From: an uncultured Gemmatimonadales bacterium
Lineage (GTDB): Bacteria; Gemmatimonadota; Gemmatimonadetes; Gemmatimonadales; GWC2-71-9
NCBI GenBank assembly: GCA_963798915.1
Contig: CAWCVB010000001.1
Location: forward strand, 1 to 64,000
DNA: 64,000 bases
Reading direction: 5' to 3'
A program made the translations under genes and the position numbers. The first letter of the stretch is position 1. Each line of letters starts with the position of its first letter. The notes below the pieces were generated by a model. The model searched no databases. It was not told the DNA's origin and saw nothing but the letters and a program-made list of their open reading frames with translations. Below are positions 11,495 to 20,800 of the stretch, in pieces.

Positions 11495-11980
11495 TCATAG
11501 GCCGCCCTGATCCAGCAACAATTGCTCGTGAAACCGAACGGCGCAGCCATCCTTGGAGGCGGGCTGATATCGTAGTGTTTCCACGGTGCGGCGGCCACGG
11601 CGATCCTCCACGGGGCTGCCATCAAGCGTGGTCCTGATGGAGCTGGGCTCGACCGTGCCCGTCACGCCGACGACGAAGTCCGCCTGCCACACGCCACGAT
11701 GCAACCTCGGGTCCATCTGAAAACGCAGCAGCAGCGGCCGGCGAACGTCCCGTATGGTATCGGACAGCGTGTAGATGACTGAGGTGTCGGCACAAGGGGC
11801 CGGAACCGACGCAGCAGTTGCGCCTGGTTCAAGACTGGTAACTGCTGCTTCGGGCGCTGGGGCGTGGGAGGCGCATGCGGCGACCCCTGCGGCCAGCACA
11901 ACCGGGCGAGTCAACAGGAGAGCGACACGCAAGAAAGGGCTCGACCTCGGCGAGGTCTGGTGCAATCGAGTGGCTCGCAT
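11495..11980 (-). CDS. Lipoprotein with TonB-C-like domain
   Basis: Lipobox VAAC; FVVGVTGTVEPSSI..RYQPASKDGCAVR. Confidence 0.55.
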   Translation of the reverse strand: MRATRLHQTSPRSSPFLRVALLLTRPVVLAAGVAACASHAPAPEAAVTSLEPGATAASVPAPCADTSVIYTLSDTIRDVRRPLLLRFQMDPRLHRGVWQADFVVGVTGTVEPSSIRTTLDGSPVEDRRGRRTVETLRYQPASKDGCAVRFHEQLLLDQGGL

Positions 11981-12009
11981 GAGCTTTCAGCTTACGCAGC
12001 GGTGCTGGA

Positions 12010-12036
12010 AGGCGAAAGAGCAAGCGGGCTGGCTCA
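12010..12036 (-). promoter_or_regulatory. Putative ECF promoter TGAGCC-N16-CGCCT
   Basis: Same hexamer and spacing as motifs at 13135-13161 and 13196-13222; 30 nt upstream of the 11980 start. Confidence 0.5.
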
Positions 12037-12056
12037 CGATCCGCGGTGAATGATCG

Positions 12057-13085
12057 CTACGGCGCCTGCAGTGCGCCGAGCTCGCGCGTCACTGCGGCGG
12101 CATCGTCATGGCGGTTGTCCGGGTTCCGCTGCAGCAGCCGGTCGACTATCGCATCCAGCTCCGCCGGCACTTCCGCCCGCAGGCTGCTGGCTGGCGGCGC
12201 GGACGAGGCCGCAACCGCTCGTGCGACAGCCACCGGGTTGTCCCCCCCAAATGGTCGCTGGCCCGTCAGCATTTCGAACAGGACCGCGCCCAGCGACCAG
12301 AGATCCGAACGGGCATCCACCGTGCCGCCGGTCATCTGCTCGGGCGACATGTAGTGCAGCGTGCCCGGCTTCTGGCCGGTCCGCGTCAAATGCACGCCGG
12401 CGAGCTTGGCCACGCCGAAGTCGAGAATCTTGAGCTGACCCTGGCGGGTCAGCATGAGGTTGGCCGGCTTGATATCGCGATGAATAATCCCCCCACCATG
12501 CGCCGCCACCAGGCCTTGCGCCACCTGGAGCGCCACCGCAATCGCATCGGCCACCGGCATGGCGCCACGTGCAAGCCGGGCGCTCAGCGTTTCGCCTTCG
12601 TAATACGGCATCACCAGGTAGAGCCGACCGCTCTCGGTTGAGCCGGTCTCGATCACGCTGCAGAGGCTCGGGTGGTCGAGCAACGACGCCGCTCGCGCCT
12701 CGGCGAGGAACCGCTCTTCGGCGTGTGAGCCGCTTCGGGTCCACGCCGGCAGGACCTTGATCGCCACGGCGTCCTCCCGGTCGGGCCCACGCGCCCGATA
12801 GACATCGCCCATACCGCCCCGACCGATTCGCTCCAGGACTGAATAGTGGCCGATGCGCGCGCCGGACAGGTTTTCATCCGAATTGGTCCAGGGCAGGTCG
12901 GGCACGAGCACGGCAAGCAGCTGGTCCACCGCGCCCCTGCCGTCGTGGGCCGCAAGCAGCGAGGCGACCTCGGACGCCAGGATCGCGTCGCGCTGCTCGA
13001 GGCGGGCGAGGGTCTGTGCGCGCCCGCGCGGGCTGAGTGGCGCCAGCCGGTGAAACAGCTCCTGCACTCGATTCCAGCGATCCAT
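12057..13085 (-). CDS. Hanks-type Ser/Thr protein kinase, no C-terminal sensor
   Basis: IGRGGMGDVY, VAIK, HRDIKPAN, DFG, YMSPE, DLWSLG; N-terminal MDRWNRVQELF..EVASLLAAH extension; GGAG RBS before 13085. Confidence 0.92.
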   Translation of the reverse strand: MDRWNRVQELFHRLAPLSPRGRAQTLARLEQRDAILASEVASLLAAHDGRGAVDQLLAVLVPDLPWTNSDENLSGARIGHYSVLERIGRGGMGDVYRARGPDREDAVAIKVLPAWTRSGSHAEERFLAEARAASLLDHPSLCSVIETGSTESGRLYLVMPYYEGETLSARLARGAMPVADAIAVALQVAQGLVAAHGGGIIHRDIKPANLMLTRQGQLKILDFGVAKLAGVHLTRTGQKPGTLHYMSPEQMTGGTVDARSDLWSLGAVLFEMLTGQRPFGGDNPVAVARAVAASSAPPASSLRAEVPAELDAIVDRLLQRNPDNRHDDAAAVTRELGALQAP

Positions 13086-13134
13086 GCCCGCTCCGATGGC
13101 AGTCTGACCCAAGCCCGATGCCCCACAGTCAGAA

Positions 13135-13161
13135 AGCCGGATCCCCGCCTGTCCGGGCTCA
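13135..13161 (-). promoter_or_regulatory. Putative ECF promoter TGAGCC-N16-CGGCT (kinase)
   Basis: Reverse complement reads TGAGCC cggacaggcggggatc CGGCT, 50 nt upstream of the kinase ATG. Confidence 0.55.
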
Positions 13162-13195
13162 GCCCCTTCCCGATCCGGCTTGACTGGCTTCCAGC

Positions 13196-13222
13196 TGAGC
13201 CATTCCAGCGGCCAATTCGGCT
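13196..13222 (+). promoter_or_regulatory. Putative ECF promoter TGAGCC-N16-CGGCT (lipoprotein)
   Basis: TGAGCC attccagcggccaatt CGGCT upstream of the 13298 ATG. Confidence 0.55.
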
Positions 13223-13297
13223 ACTCCCTATGTTCGCCAATTCCTGCGGCCGCCAATGACATGCGGACGGCCGCGCTCCCAGAGCACGGAGATCACC

Positions 13298-13942
13298 ATG
13301 CGTACACGCCACATCATTCTCGGCCTCGGCACGGCGGGCCTCTGCGCCATGCTTGCGATCGCCTGTACGGCCGATGCCCCAACCAGCGTCTCGGCGGCTT
13401 CAGCGCACACTTCACACGGCGATGTTCAGCTGAGCGCGGCTGCCTCCAGCCAGGCCCGGAGCCAACTGGCCGCACTGCGGCAGTGGTCGGCGCCGTTGCA
13501 CAACGCGGCCAAGGCCGCCGCAGCCGGATACACTGCAGGCATCGGCTGCATTGACGAAACCACGGTCGGCGTCCCGGCATCCGAGGCGCGCGGCATGGGC
13601 TACCACGTCACCAGAGGCGACAAGGACATCGTCGGTGACGGCGTCATTGACGTCCTGGAGCCCGAGTTCCTGGTCTACGCTCCGGCAGAGAACGATGCGC
13701 AGCTCGCCCCGGAGGATCGCCTTGCGGCCGCGCGGCTCATCGCCGTGGAGTACTACTTCCCGGAACCCAGCTTTGATGCAAGCCAGCAGCCGGCCGACAT
13801 CCTGGGCGGCTCGTTCGTCTGGGCGCCGCGGTTCAGCGGCTGGGTCCGTCACGTATATCTCTGGGGCAACAATCCGGAAGGCATCAACGAGAACTTCAAT
13901 GGCGCCGTCCGGCTCTGCACCGACCCGCTGCCTGCAGAGTGA
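13298..13942 (+). CDS. Uncharacterised lipoprotein (GMGYH..PEFLVY..HVYLW..NPEG type)
   Basis: GGAG RBS, signal peptide with LAIAC lipobox, conserved-looking His/Cys motifs. Confidence 0.7.
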   Translation: MRTRHIILGLGTAGLCAMLAIACTADAPTSVSAASAHTSHGDVQLSAAASSQARSQLAALRQWSAPLHNAAKAAAAGYTAGIGCIDETTVGVPASEARGMGYHVTRGDKDIVGDGVIDVLEPEFLVYAPAENDAQLAPEDRLAAARLIAVEYYFPEPSFDASQQPADILGGSFVWAPRFSGWVRHVYLWGNNPEGINENFNGAVRLCTDPLPAE

Positions 13943-14059
13943 AGGCTGAGGGCTGAAGGCTGAACGCTGAGGGCTGAGGGCTGAGGGCTGAGAGCTGAGA
14001 GCTGAGCAAGTGGAAGGCTCCTCGGTCCTCGCGCTCAGCGCTCAGCGCTCAGCGCTCAG
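13943..14059. repeat. Heptamer tandem repeats (GCTGAGG-like) with inverted (CTCAGCG)n arm
   Basis: About nine degenerate GCTGARR units after the stop codon; four CGCTCAG units overlapping the convergent stop. Confidence 0.8.
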
Positions 14060-14594
14060 TACTTAACTCCCGATTGAGCCACGCGCGCGCCAATTGCCAG
14101 TCGCGCTTGACCGTGGCCGGCGACAACTCCAGCGCCTCGCCAATCTCAGGCACAGTCATTCCGGCAAAGAAGCGACACTCGACGACCTTGGCGAGCCGTG
14201 GCTGTGACGCTTCCAGCGTCTCCAGGGCAGCATGCAGCGCGAGTACCTGATCGGCCACGGCATCCGTGATCGCAATGTGCTCGTCGAATTCGACACGGCG
14301 CAGGTCTCCGCCCCGCTTGTTGGCTCCCCGCTTCACCGCATGATCCACCAGGACCCTGCGCATGGCCTGCGCTGCGCCGGCAAAGAAATGCGCCCGGCTC
14401 TGCCACTGGATCCGGTCGAGCCGCCCGAGTTTCAGATAGGCTTCATGCACAAGGTCGGTGGTGCACAGCGTGTGGTCCGCCCGCTCGCCCCTGAGGTGGC
14501 GGTGGGCCATTCGCCGGAGTTCGTCATAGAGCTCGCGCGCAAACTGGTCGAGCGTCGCGCGACTCTCGCGATCTCCGCCCGCCGGTGATGTCAT
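14049..14594 (-). CDS. ECF sigma factor, TIGR02999/ECF43-like (kinase-associated)
   Basis: LYDELRRMA, HTLCTTDLVHEAYLKL, RAHFFAGAAQAMRRVLVDHA, VECRFFAG, TVKRDWQLARAWL. Confidence 0.9.
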   Translation of the reverse strand: MTSPAGGDRESRATLDQFARELYDELRRMAHRHLRGERADHTLCTTDLVHEAYLKLGRLDRIQWQSRAHFFAGAAQAMRRVLVDHAVKRGANKRGGDLRRVEFDEHIAITDAVADQVLALHAALETLEASQPRLAKVVECRFFAGMTVPEIGEALELSPATVKRDWQLARAWLNRELSTER

Positions 14595-15071
14595 GAGGTT
14601 CCTCGCTCGACAGGGCCGTTCGCCGGACAATGGCGTCGGTCTATTCTAGGCGCCAGCCGCCGAGAGCGAAAGCGGCGGCCAAGTTCCCCCGCTTGGCGCA
14701 TCTCCCATTCAGCTTACTGAAAGAGGAGGCGCCAGCATGTCTCGAACTCGTCTTGTCGTATCCCTCGTCATGGCGGTCGCCGCCCGCGAGCCGCTGACCG
14801 CGCCGGACAATGGGCTGCAAGCTGGACTGGAAGTGGAGTCCATGCCACCGCTGTCACCTGGCATGCTCAGCCACGCGCTCCCTGCGCCCGACGCCCGCCT
14901 CAGCAGTGCCACGCTCTGGGATCCCGACGCCGAGGAGCTCTGTCTCCCCGGAGAGGCCCGCCTTCCGGAGGGCGCAGCGGCTCGAGAATGAACCTTTGCG
15001 GCGGCGGACCGACTCCCTGGATGACGCCATGCTACAATCTTGGCAGAGTGGACTCGGCCGAAAGGGAGCCA

Positions 15072-15617
15072 ATGAACAGGGCGGGACTTGGCGATGAGCT
15101 GCTGGCCATCCGTTGTCAGCTGGGGGAGCCAGCAGCATTCGACGATCTGGTGAACCGCTGGCATGCCCCGCTGCTCAACTACCTGAGGCGCATGGCCAGC
15201 GACGAGGAGGCACCGGACCTCGCGCAGGACGTCTGGCTTCGCGTGCTTCGGGCCATGCCGGGGCTGCGGGAGCCGGCCCGACTGCGTGCCTGGCTGTTCG
15301 GCATCGCCCGGCGGACGGTGATGGATCGCCTTCGTCTGCGCTACGCTGCCCCGATCGATCACGCGCTGGATGCGGACGACCTGCCCGCCCCGGAGGCGCC
15401 GGAGCCTCGTACGGAGGAGCTCGCGGCCATGCATCAGGAATTGGCAGCCATGCCGGTAACCGGGCGGGAGACGCTGGTGCTGTTCTATCTGCACGAGCTG
15501 TCGCTCGAACAACTCGCCGAAGTGCTGGACATCCCGATCGGCACCGTCAAGTCCCGCCTTCATCGAGCCCGGCGCATGTTGCGCCGGCAACTCTCTGCAA
15601 AAGGAGTCAGTTCATGA
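15072..15617 (+). CDS. ECF sigma factor
   Basis: DLAQDVWLRV, AWLFGIARR, LDIPIGTVKSRLHRAR; GGGAG RBS. Confidence 0.9.
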   Translation: MNRAGLGDELLAIRCQLGEPAAFDDLVNRWHAPLLNYLRRMASDEEAPDLAQDVWLRVLRAMPGLREPARLRAWLFGIARRTVMDRLRLRYAAPIDHALDADDLPAPEAPEPRTEELAAMHQELAAMPVTGRETLVLFYLHELSLEQLAEVLDIPIGTVKSRLHRARRMLRRQLSAKGVSS

Positions 15618-16108
15618 ATGAGGCCCTCACGGCCGCTGACGTCCGTCGGACGCTTGCGGGGGAGCTCTCCCTGCCGGCCCGGCTCCGCTACATCGCGCTG
15701 TTGCTGATCAGTCTGGCGATGGTCGGCGTGATCGGTGCCCTGCTGCTCACGGAGACGGGCCTGCCGACCCGAACCCGTGTCACCTTTGGCCTCATGCTGA
15801 TCGTCGCCATGGCCTGGGCAACTTTTGCCAGCTGGGTGCTGGCCCGGCGCCAGGTCCTCTTTGCCCGGCATCGCATCGCAGCCGGCCGGATGGCTGTCAC
15901 GTTTTCGATGGCACTCATCGTCGGGACGCTGGCCATCGGCATGGCCGATGGGACGAGCGCGCCGTGGTACGGCGCGCTCGGCGTCGGGTTCCTGATGCTG
16001 CTGCTCTCTGCCGTGCAGTTGCATCGTGCCCAACGACGCCACGCACAGCTGCGCCGCCGACGCCTGGAACTCGAGCACGAGCTGGGACAGGGGGATGCCA
16101 ACCGATGA
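15614..16108 (+). CDS. Four-TM membrane protein, probable anti-sigma partner
   Basis: ATGA overlap with sigma gene; MNEALTAADV start; four hydrophobic segments. Confidence 0.65.
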   Translation: MNEALTAADVRRTLAGELSLPARLRYIALLLISLAMVGVIGALLLTETGLPTRTRVTFGLMLIVAMAWATFASWVLARRQVLFARHRIAAGRMAVTFSMALIVGTLAIGMADGTSAPWYGALGVGFLMLLLSAVQLHRAQRRHAQLRRRRLELEHELGQGDANR

Positions 16109-17475
16109 GCATCCAGCACCGGCGATTCACGCTCCCACCCGCGCTCGTTGCAGTCGTCGTTCACGCGGCGAGCGCGCAGCGTCCCCATGATGTAGCTGCC
16201 GTGGACATCCGGCCCGGCAGCTTCAGGGTGCAGGACTCCGCACTCGCTGTGGAAATAGAACACGTTGGCGTGCCAGCCAATCGGGGCTCCGGATCAGCCA
16301 GTGAACTGCGGTTGGCATTCGTGCGATTTTCCAGCACCTCCGCCTCCCCGGGCCCGCCGATCATCTTCCTGGCCGGTGGGCCGGGCGATGCAGCCACGCG
16401 CGCATTCCGGGGAATGCCACTTCAGTACCTGAACCGCTTGCGCGCGATCGGCGACGTGATTGCCTTCGATCAGCGCGGCACCGGCCTCTCGGAGCCGCAT
16501 GACGTCAGCTGCCCGCCTGGCACGCCGCAGCCCAGGGAGCAGGCCGGCGATCCGACCTCGTTGCTCACGTCCCTCCGTGCCGATCTCGCGGCATGCATCG
16601 CCATGAAGGAGCAACAAGGGCTGGACGTGCAGGGGCTGACCACGGCCGAGAGCGCGGATGACGTGGCGGCTCTGGCCGGTGCGCTCGGTGCGTCAAAGGT
16701 CTCCCTGCTGGCCGGCAGCTACGGAACGCACCTGGCACTGGCCGTTGTGCGCCGCCATCCTGACCTGGTCAGTCGGATGGTGTTGGCGGGTGTGGAGGGG
16801 CCGGATGACACATTCAAGCTTCCGCTGCGGGTCGACAGCGTGCTTGCCAGGATCGCGATGGCGCTGCGTCCCGGTCTAGCTGCGGAGCTGGAATCGTTGA
16901 AAACTCGATTGGACGAGGAGCCGGCCCGCTTCAGTTTCCCCGGTGCCAATCAAATCCTGCTGGACCCATGGGACCTCCAGCGCTGGGTGGCGGGGTCGCT
17001 CGGCGATCGACGTGACATCGCGGGATTCGTCTCGGCGGTGCCCGCCATGCTGGCCGGAGACTACAGCGCGCTGGCACGCTGGACGCTGCGCCAGCGGTTC
17101 CCGGCACCGGTCAATCTCATGCACGTTGCCATGGACTGTGCCTCGGGAGCTTCGGCCGAGCGGCTGGCGCGCATTCATCGTGAGGCCGGCGAGGCGATCC
17201 TGGGCGACGCCATCAACTTCCCGATCGCCGGGCTGTGCGACCTGCCCGGGCTCCCGCACCTGCCCGACAGCTTTCGCGCCCCGCTCGAGTCTGACGTTCC
17301 CGCGCTCTTGATTGCCGGCACATTCGACGGGCGGACACCTGTTGCCAATGCCGAGGAAGTCAGCCATGGCATGCCGAACGCGGTAGTCCTGGTCATTGAC
17401 AAGGCGTCACACGGGCTGATGGGTGAGCCCGAGGCCATGTCGAGGACCCTGAAGTTCCTCGCGGACGGCAAATAG
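16105..17475 (+). CDS. Secreted alpha/beta hydrolase (TAP-like)
   Basis: LAGGPG, FDQRGTGLS, GSYG nucleophile elbow, GTFDGRTP, SHG. Confidence 0.85.
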   Translation: MSIQHRRFTLPPALVAVVVHAASAQRPHDVAAVDIRPGSFRVQDSALAVEIEHVGVPANRGSGSASELRLAFVRFSSTSASPGPPIIFLAGGPGDAATRAFRGMPLQYLNRLRAIGDVIAFDQRGTGLSEPHDVSCPPGTPQPREQAGDPTSLLTSLRADLAACIAMKEQQGLDVQGLTTAESADDVAALAGALGASKVSLLAGSYGTHLALAVVRRHPDLVSRMVLAGVEGPDDTFKLPLRVDSVLARIAMALRPGLAAELESLKTRLDEEPARFSFPGANQILLDPWDLQRWVAGSLGDRRDIAGFVSAVPAMLAGDYSALARWTLRQRFPAPVNLMHVAMDCASGASAERLARIHREAGEAILGDAINFPIAGLCDLPGLPHLPDSFRAPLESDVPALLIAGTFDGRTPVANAEEVSHGMPNAVVLVIDKASHGLMGEPEAMSRTLKFLADGK

Positions 17476-17491
17476 GAAAGCTGGTCGGCCG

Positions 17492-17788
17492 TCAGCAGTC
17501 CAGCCGCAGCACGCGCCGGCTCCTGATCTCGTAGTATTCGGTGCACGTCCGCCCGTCATGTTCCACGCCCCGGCGTCCGACTCCGGTGCTGCGCAGGAAC
17601 TCACCCGGCGAGGTATGGCCGCTGCTATCCCAGTCCATTTCCCGCCAGGTGAAGCCCCGGCGCAGCGCAGCCACCGACAGAAACCCGACGTACAGCGCGG
17701 TGAACACAACCGCCGCTTCGGTGACGTAGAGGAGCAGCCGCCGCCATGTCATCGGCTCGAACAGCGTCTCACGCCGGCGCGGCTTCAC
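17492..17788 (-). CDS. Small membrane protein with EF-hand-like loop
   Basis: One TM segment then DWDSSGHTSPGE and two Cys; GTGA overlap with upstream gene. Confidence 0.55.
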   Translation of the reverse strand: MKPRRRETLFEPMTWRRLLLYVTEAAVVFTALYVGFLSVAALRRGFTWREMDWDSSGHTSPGEFLRSTGVGRRGVEHDGRTCTEYYEIRSRRVLRLDC

Positions 17789-18261
17789 CGGTGCGCCCCC
17801 AGGTCCTTCCGGAAGCAGCGAAGCGTCTCCACCTCGGCGAATCCGAGCGCCTCATGCGCGGCGGCGCTCGCAAGATTGTCGTATTCGGTATCGGAGGCGA
17901 ATTCACGACATCCCTCGCCCCGAGCCCATGACTCTGCCGCGCTGACCAACGCCCGGCCCACGCCGAGGCCGCGGTAGCCCGGCTCAACGAACCAGCCCTC
18001 CAGGAAACCGACCGGGCTCGTGAGGCAGCCCTCTGCGTACGCACGGCGCGACACCTCGGCGAATCCGACCACGTCTTCGTCGACTCGGGCCACCAGCACC
18101 AGCTCGACATGACGAAGACCGCCGGCGAGGAAGACAGTGGCCTCCTCCGCGAGCTCGGCTCGCGACTCGGCCGGCCAGAGCGCGGAACGGAGCTCCGCCC
18201 AGCGCGCCACATCGGCCAGCGTCACGGCACGAATGCGGACTCGAGGACGGTCCTCGGTCAT
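17785..18261 (-). CDS. AAC(6')-I-like GNAT aminoglycoside acetyltransferase
   Basis: LRSALWP, GFAEVSRRAYAEGCLTSPVGFLEGWFV, EFASDTEYDNLASAAAHEALGF, FRKDL. Confidence 0.8.
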   Translation of the reverse strand: MTEDRPRVRIRAVTLADVARWAELRSALWPAESRAELAEEATVFLAGGLRHVELVLVARVDEDVVGFAEVSRRAYAEGCLTSPVGFLEGWFVEPGYRGLGVGRALVSAAESWARGEGCREFASDTEYDNLASAAAHEALGFAEVETLRCFRKDLGAHR

Positions 18262-18527
18262 GCGGTCTCGGTGCGCCTGCCCCGCGCCGGGGAGATGTCG
18301 ATCAGGAGGGCGATGACGATGCCGATCACCGGCCAGAGACCCCAGCGGCCCCCGAACCAGTGCTGCACCGCGGTGTACCAGAGCAGCGTTGTTGGCAGAA
18401 AGATGAATCCCAGGACCGGCCAGAGGAGGGTGGTGAAAAGGCCAGTGAACCAGGTCGTCAAGAACCAGAGCAGCAGGATGACGACGCGCGGCACGGCAAG
18501 CGCCAGCGCAGCAAAGAGGCATGGCAT
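18258..18527 (-). CDS. Small hydrophobic membrane protein
   Basis: MPCLFAALALAVPR..WPVLGFIFLPTTLLWY; overlaps both neighbours (coupled). Confidence 0.7.
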   Translation of the reverse strand: MPCLFAALALAVPRVVILLLWFLTTWFTGLFTTLLWPVLGFIFLPTTLLWYTAVQHWFGGRWGLWPVIGIVIALLIDISPARGRRTETA

Positions 18528-19099
18528 CAGTGGGTCTCCATATTGGTGGTGCAAGAGCCCGCGCTGGCGGGGTCCGGTGCGCCATAGCGCAGACGGAACA
18601 GGCGCACCGGGCGCGAGTCGAGTTCGAGCACAAAGATCGCGGCATGCTCGTCATCACAGAGATCGGGAAGTGTCGGCCCTCCCAGACTGGCGATGATGGG
18701 CGTAATCGTGTTGCTGTGACCGACCACAAGGACGGCCTCGCCCCGCGGCACGCGCCGCACCGCTGCAGCCACCGCGGCAACATGGGCCGAATCTCCCCGG
18801 CCCAGGGGCACCACCAGCGGCACAAGATGACGGCTGCGGAGCAGGGGCGCGGCGGTTTCGGCGGTGCGGCGACGGGAGGTCACGATCACGTGCGTGATGG
18901 GGGCATCAGCCAGCGCGGCGCGCAGGGCAACAGCACGCGCCTGGCCAGCAGCCGTGAGCGGCTGATCATTGCCGGGCACGTTTGCCTTTTCGGCATGGCG
19001 CACCAGGATGACCGTCTGTGCGTGGAGCGGATGTCCAGGCGAGATTGCGACCCCGACACCGGCCAAGAGCAGGCTGATTGATCTCCACATGGTCATCAA
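18527..19099 (-). CDS. Exported histidine phosphatase (phosphoglycerate mutase/SixA-like)
   Basis: Signal peptide, LVRHAEK, RTAETA, VVGHSNT. Confidence 0.85.
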   Translation of the reverse strand: MMTMWRSISLLLAGVGVAISPGHPLHAQTVILVRHAEKANVPGNDQPLTAAGQARAVALRAALADAPITHVIVTSRRRTAETAAPLLRSRHLVPLVVPLGRGDSAHVAAVAAAVRRVPRGEAVLVVGHSNTITPIIASLGGPTLPDLCDDEHAAIFVLELDSRPVRLFRLRYGAPDPASAGSCTTNMETH

Positions 19100-19225
19100 G
19101 ACTCCTCGGCGCCTGGGTCAGGCCGGACCATCGCAGCTGACTGGTGCGCTGAGCCACTCCGGCCATAATATGTGACGCATCCGGGACTGGCCCGGTCAAG
19201 CACGCGCAACAGTGAGAACGATACC

Positions 19226-19708
19226 ATGGAGACTCCCGCCCCGGTCAGGCCAGGCGGCGAAGTGGCTCGGCTGCGAGATCAGTTCACGCGCGCGTGGGAT
19301 GGCGAAGCCTGGCACGGGCCGCCGCTGGCCCGGCTGCTTGAATCGATAGATGACGCCACCGCTGCCTGGAAGCCCGGTGAGGGTGGGCATGACATCCAGG
19401 AACTGGCCTCTCACATCACGTTCTGGCTGGACGCGACCACCCGCCGGCTGGCCGGAGAGCTATACCTTCCGGCCAGCGGTGACTGGGACCTGCCGGCGGG
19501 CGAATCATGGGCAACCACGCGTGGGCGCCTCCAGGCGGCGTATGCGGGACTACTGAACGGTCTCGAGGCCATCGCAGACTCTCGACTGGACGAACAGGTC
19601 CGCGGCAAGCCGTATTCGGTCTACGTCCTGCTGCACGGCGCGTTGCAGCACACGCTCTACCACGCCGGACAGATTGCGCTTCTGCGCCGGCTCGCGGGTG
19701 GCGCGTGA
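19226..19708 (+). CDS. DinB family protein
   Basis: GEAWHGP, IQELASH, QHTLYHAGQI. Confidence 0.85.
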   Translation: METPAPVRPGGEVARLRDQFTRAWDGEAWHGPPLARLLESIDDATAAWKPGEGGHDIQELASHITFWLDATTRRLAGELYLPASGDWDLPAGESWATTRGRLQAAYAGLLNGLEAIADSRLDEQVRGKPYSVYVLLHGALQHTLYHAGQIALLRRLAGGA

Positions 19709-20034
19709 TAGCCGCTATTCGAGCATTGCCGCCAGCGCCATTCCTGAGCCGGTTACTGATACGGGGCGCCGTGATCTGGCTGGCTGCGCGGGCGACCGCC
19801 GGCGTCCTGATGGCCATGCTCACCGAGGACAGTGCGGTATGGCTGCCGCTGTGGGGTTCGCTCTGGATCGCCCTGGTAAGCGGGATGCTCACCTGGCTGG
19901 AAACCCGGCGGCGGCATGAGCACCTGCTGCTCGGGAACCTTGGCATCAGCCGCGGCGTGCTATCTGGGTTGGGCCTTCTGCCCGCCCTGCTATTGGAAGG
20001 TGCCATGCTGCTGGCCGGGCATGTATCAGCTTGA
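19705..20034 (+). CDS. Small membrane protein
   Basis: GTGA overlap; three hydrophobic segments; RRHEHLLLGNLG. Confidence 0.55.
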   Translation: MIAAIRALPPAPFLSRLLIRGAVIWLAARATAGVLMAMLTEDSAVWLPLWGSLWIALVSGMLTWLETRRRHEHLLLGNLGISRGVLSGLGLLPALLLEGAMLLAGHVSA

Positions 20035-20800
20035 CGTCGACTGCGTCTCGAAGTACTTCGGCGGCCGCCGGATTCTCTCTGCTGCCTCCCTGCGGCTCGC
20101 ATCCGGCCGGGTGGTGCTGCTGGCGGGACGGAATGGCGCCGGCAAATCAACCCTGCTCCGTATCGCGGCCGGCTGTCTCCGTCCTGACTCGGGATTGATT
20201 CGCGTCGGCGGGCTGCTCGTGCAGAAGCCGACGCTGGCCCGCATGGCCCGAGCTGGACTCTTCTTCCTGCCGGACCAGCAGTTGCTGACCCCGGGTCTAC
20301 GGGCCGGACTTCAGATGGCAGCCGTGGCACGGCGTTATTTCACGATGGACAAGATAGACACGGTCAGGCGTGAGCTGAATATCGGCGCAATCGACGATCT
20401 CACACCGACCCAGTTGTCGACCGGCCAGCTAAGGCGTGTCACGCTCGCGCTGGCGCTGCTGCGAGATCCCGCCGTGCTCCTGGCGGACGAACCGGTCCGT
20501 GGAATTTCCCCGATCGAAGCGGAGCTGATGCTTCGGGCCATGCGACGCCTGGCCCGGGAGGGGGCCGCCGTCGTAGTGTCCGGACAGGAGGTGACGACGC
20601 TGGCGGATCATTGTGATGAAATTGTCTGGTGCCACGCCGGAACCACTCGCGCATTTGCCTCTGTTCAGGCGGGGTGCGATGATTGGTCGTTCCAGCAGGA
20701 ATTTCTCGGCGGGCAGTATCGCCGTGATGCCGCCGAGGTCGAACACCCGGTAACCGCAAACCCCGATCCCTCAGCCCTGACAGGGAGGACACCGTACTAA
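20021..20800 (+). CDS. ABC transporter ATP-binding protein (LptB-like)
   Basis: GRNGAGKST, LSTGQ, LLADEP. Confidence 0.85.
   Translation: MYQLDVDCVSKYFGGRRILSAASLRLASGRVVLLAGRNGAGKSTLLRIAAGCLRPDSGLIRVGGLLVQKPTLARMARAGLFFLPDQQLLTPGLRAGLQMAAVARRYFTMDKIDTVRRELNIGAIDDLTPTQLSTGQLRRVTLALALLRDPAVLLADEPVRGISPIEAELMLRAMRRLAREGAAVVVSGQEVTTLADHCDEIVWCHAGTTRAFASVQAGCDDWSFQQEFLGGQYRRDAAEVEHPVTANPDPSALTGRTPY

Noticed and set aside
13126..13186. AAGCCGGATC/GATCCGGCTT inverted repeat as riboswitch or ncRNA
   Set aside because: No recognisable RNA family; overlaps the putative promoter motif and could be an operator at most
14737..14991. 84-aa ORF with AGGAGG RBS between the two ECF genes
   Set aside because: Possible small exported peptide but no motif support; left uncalled
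19150..19176. Fourth intergenic TGAGCC
   Set aside because: Not followed by CG(G/C)CT at 16 nt (reads GTGAC)
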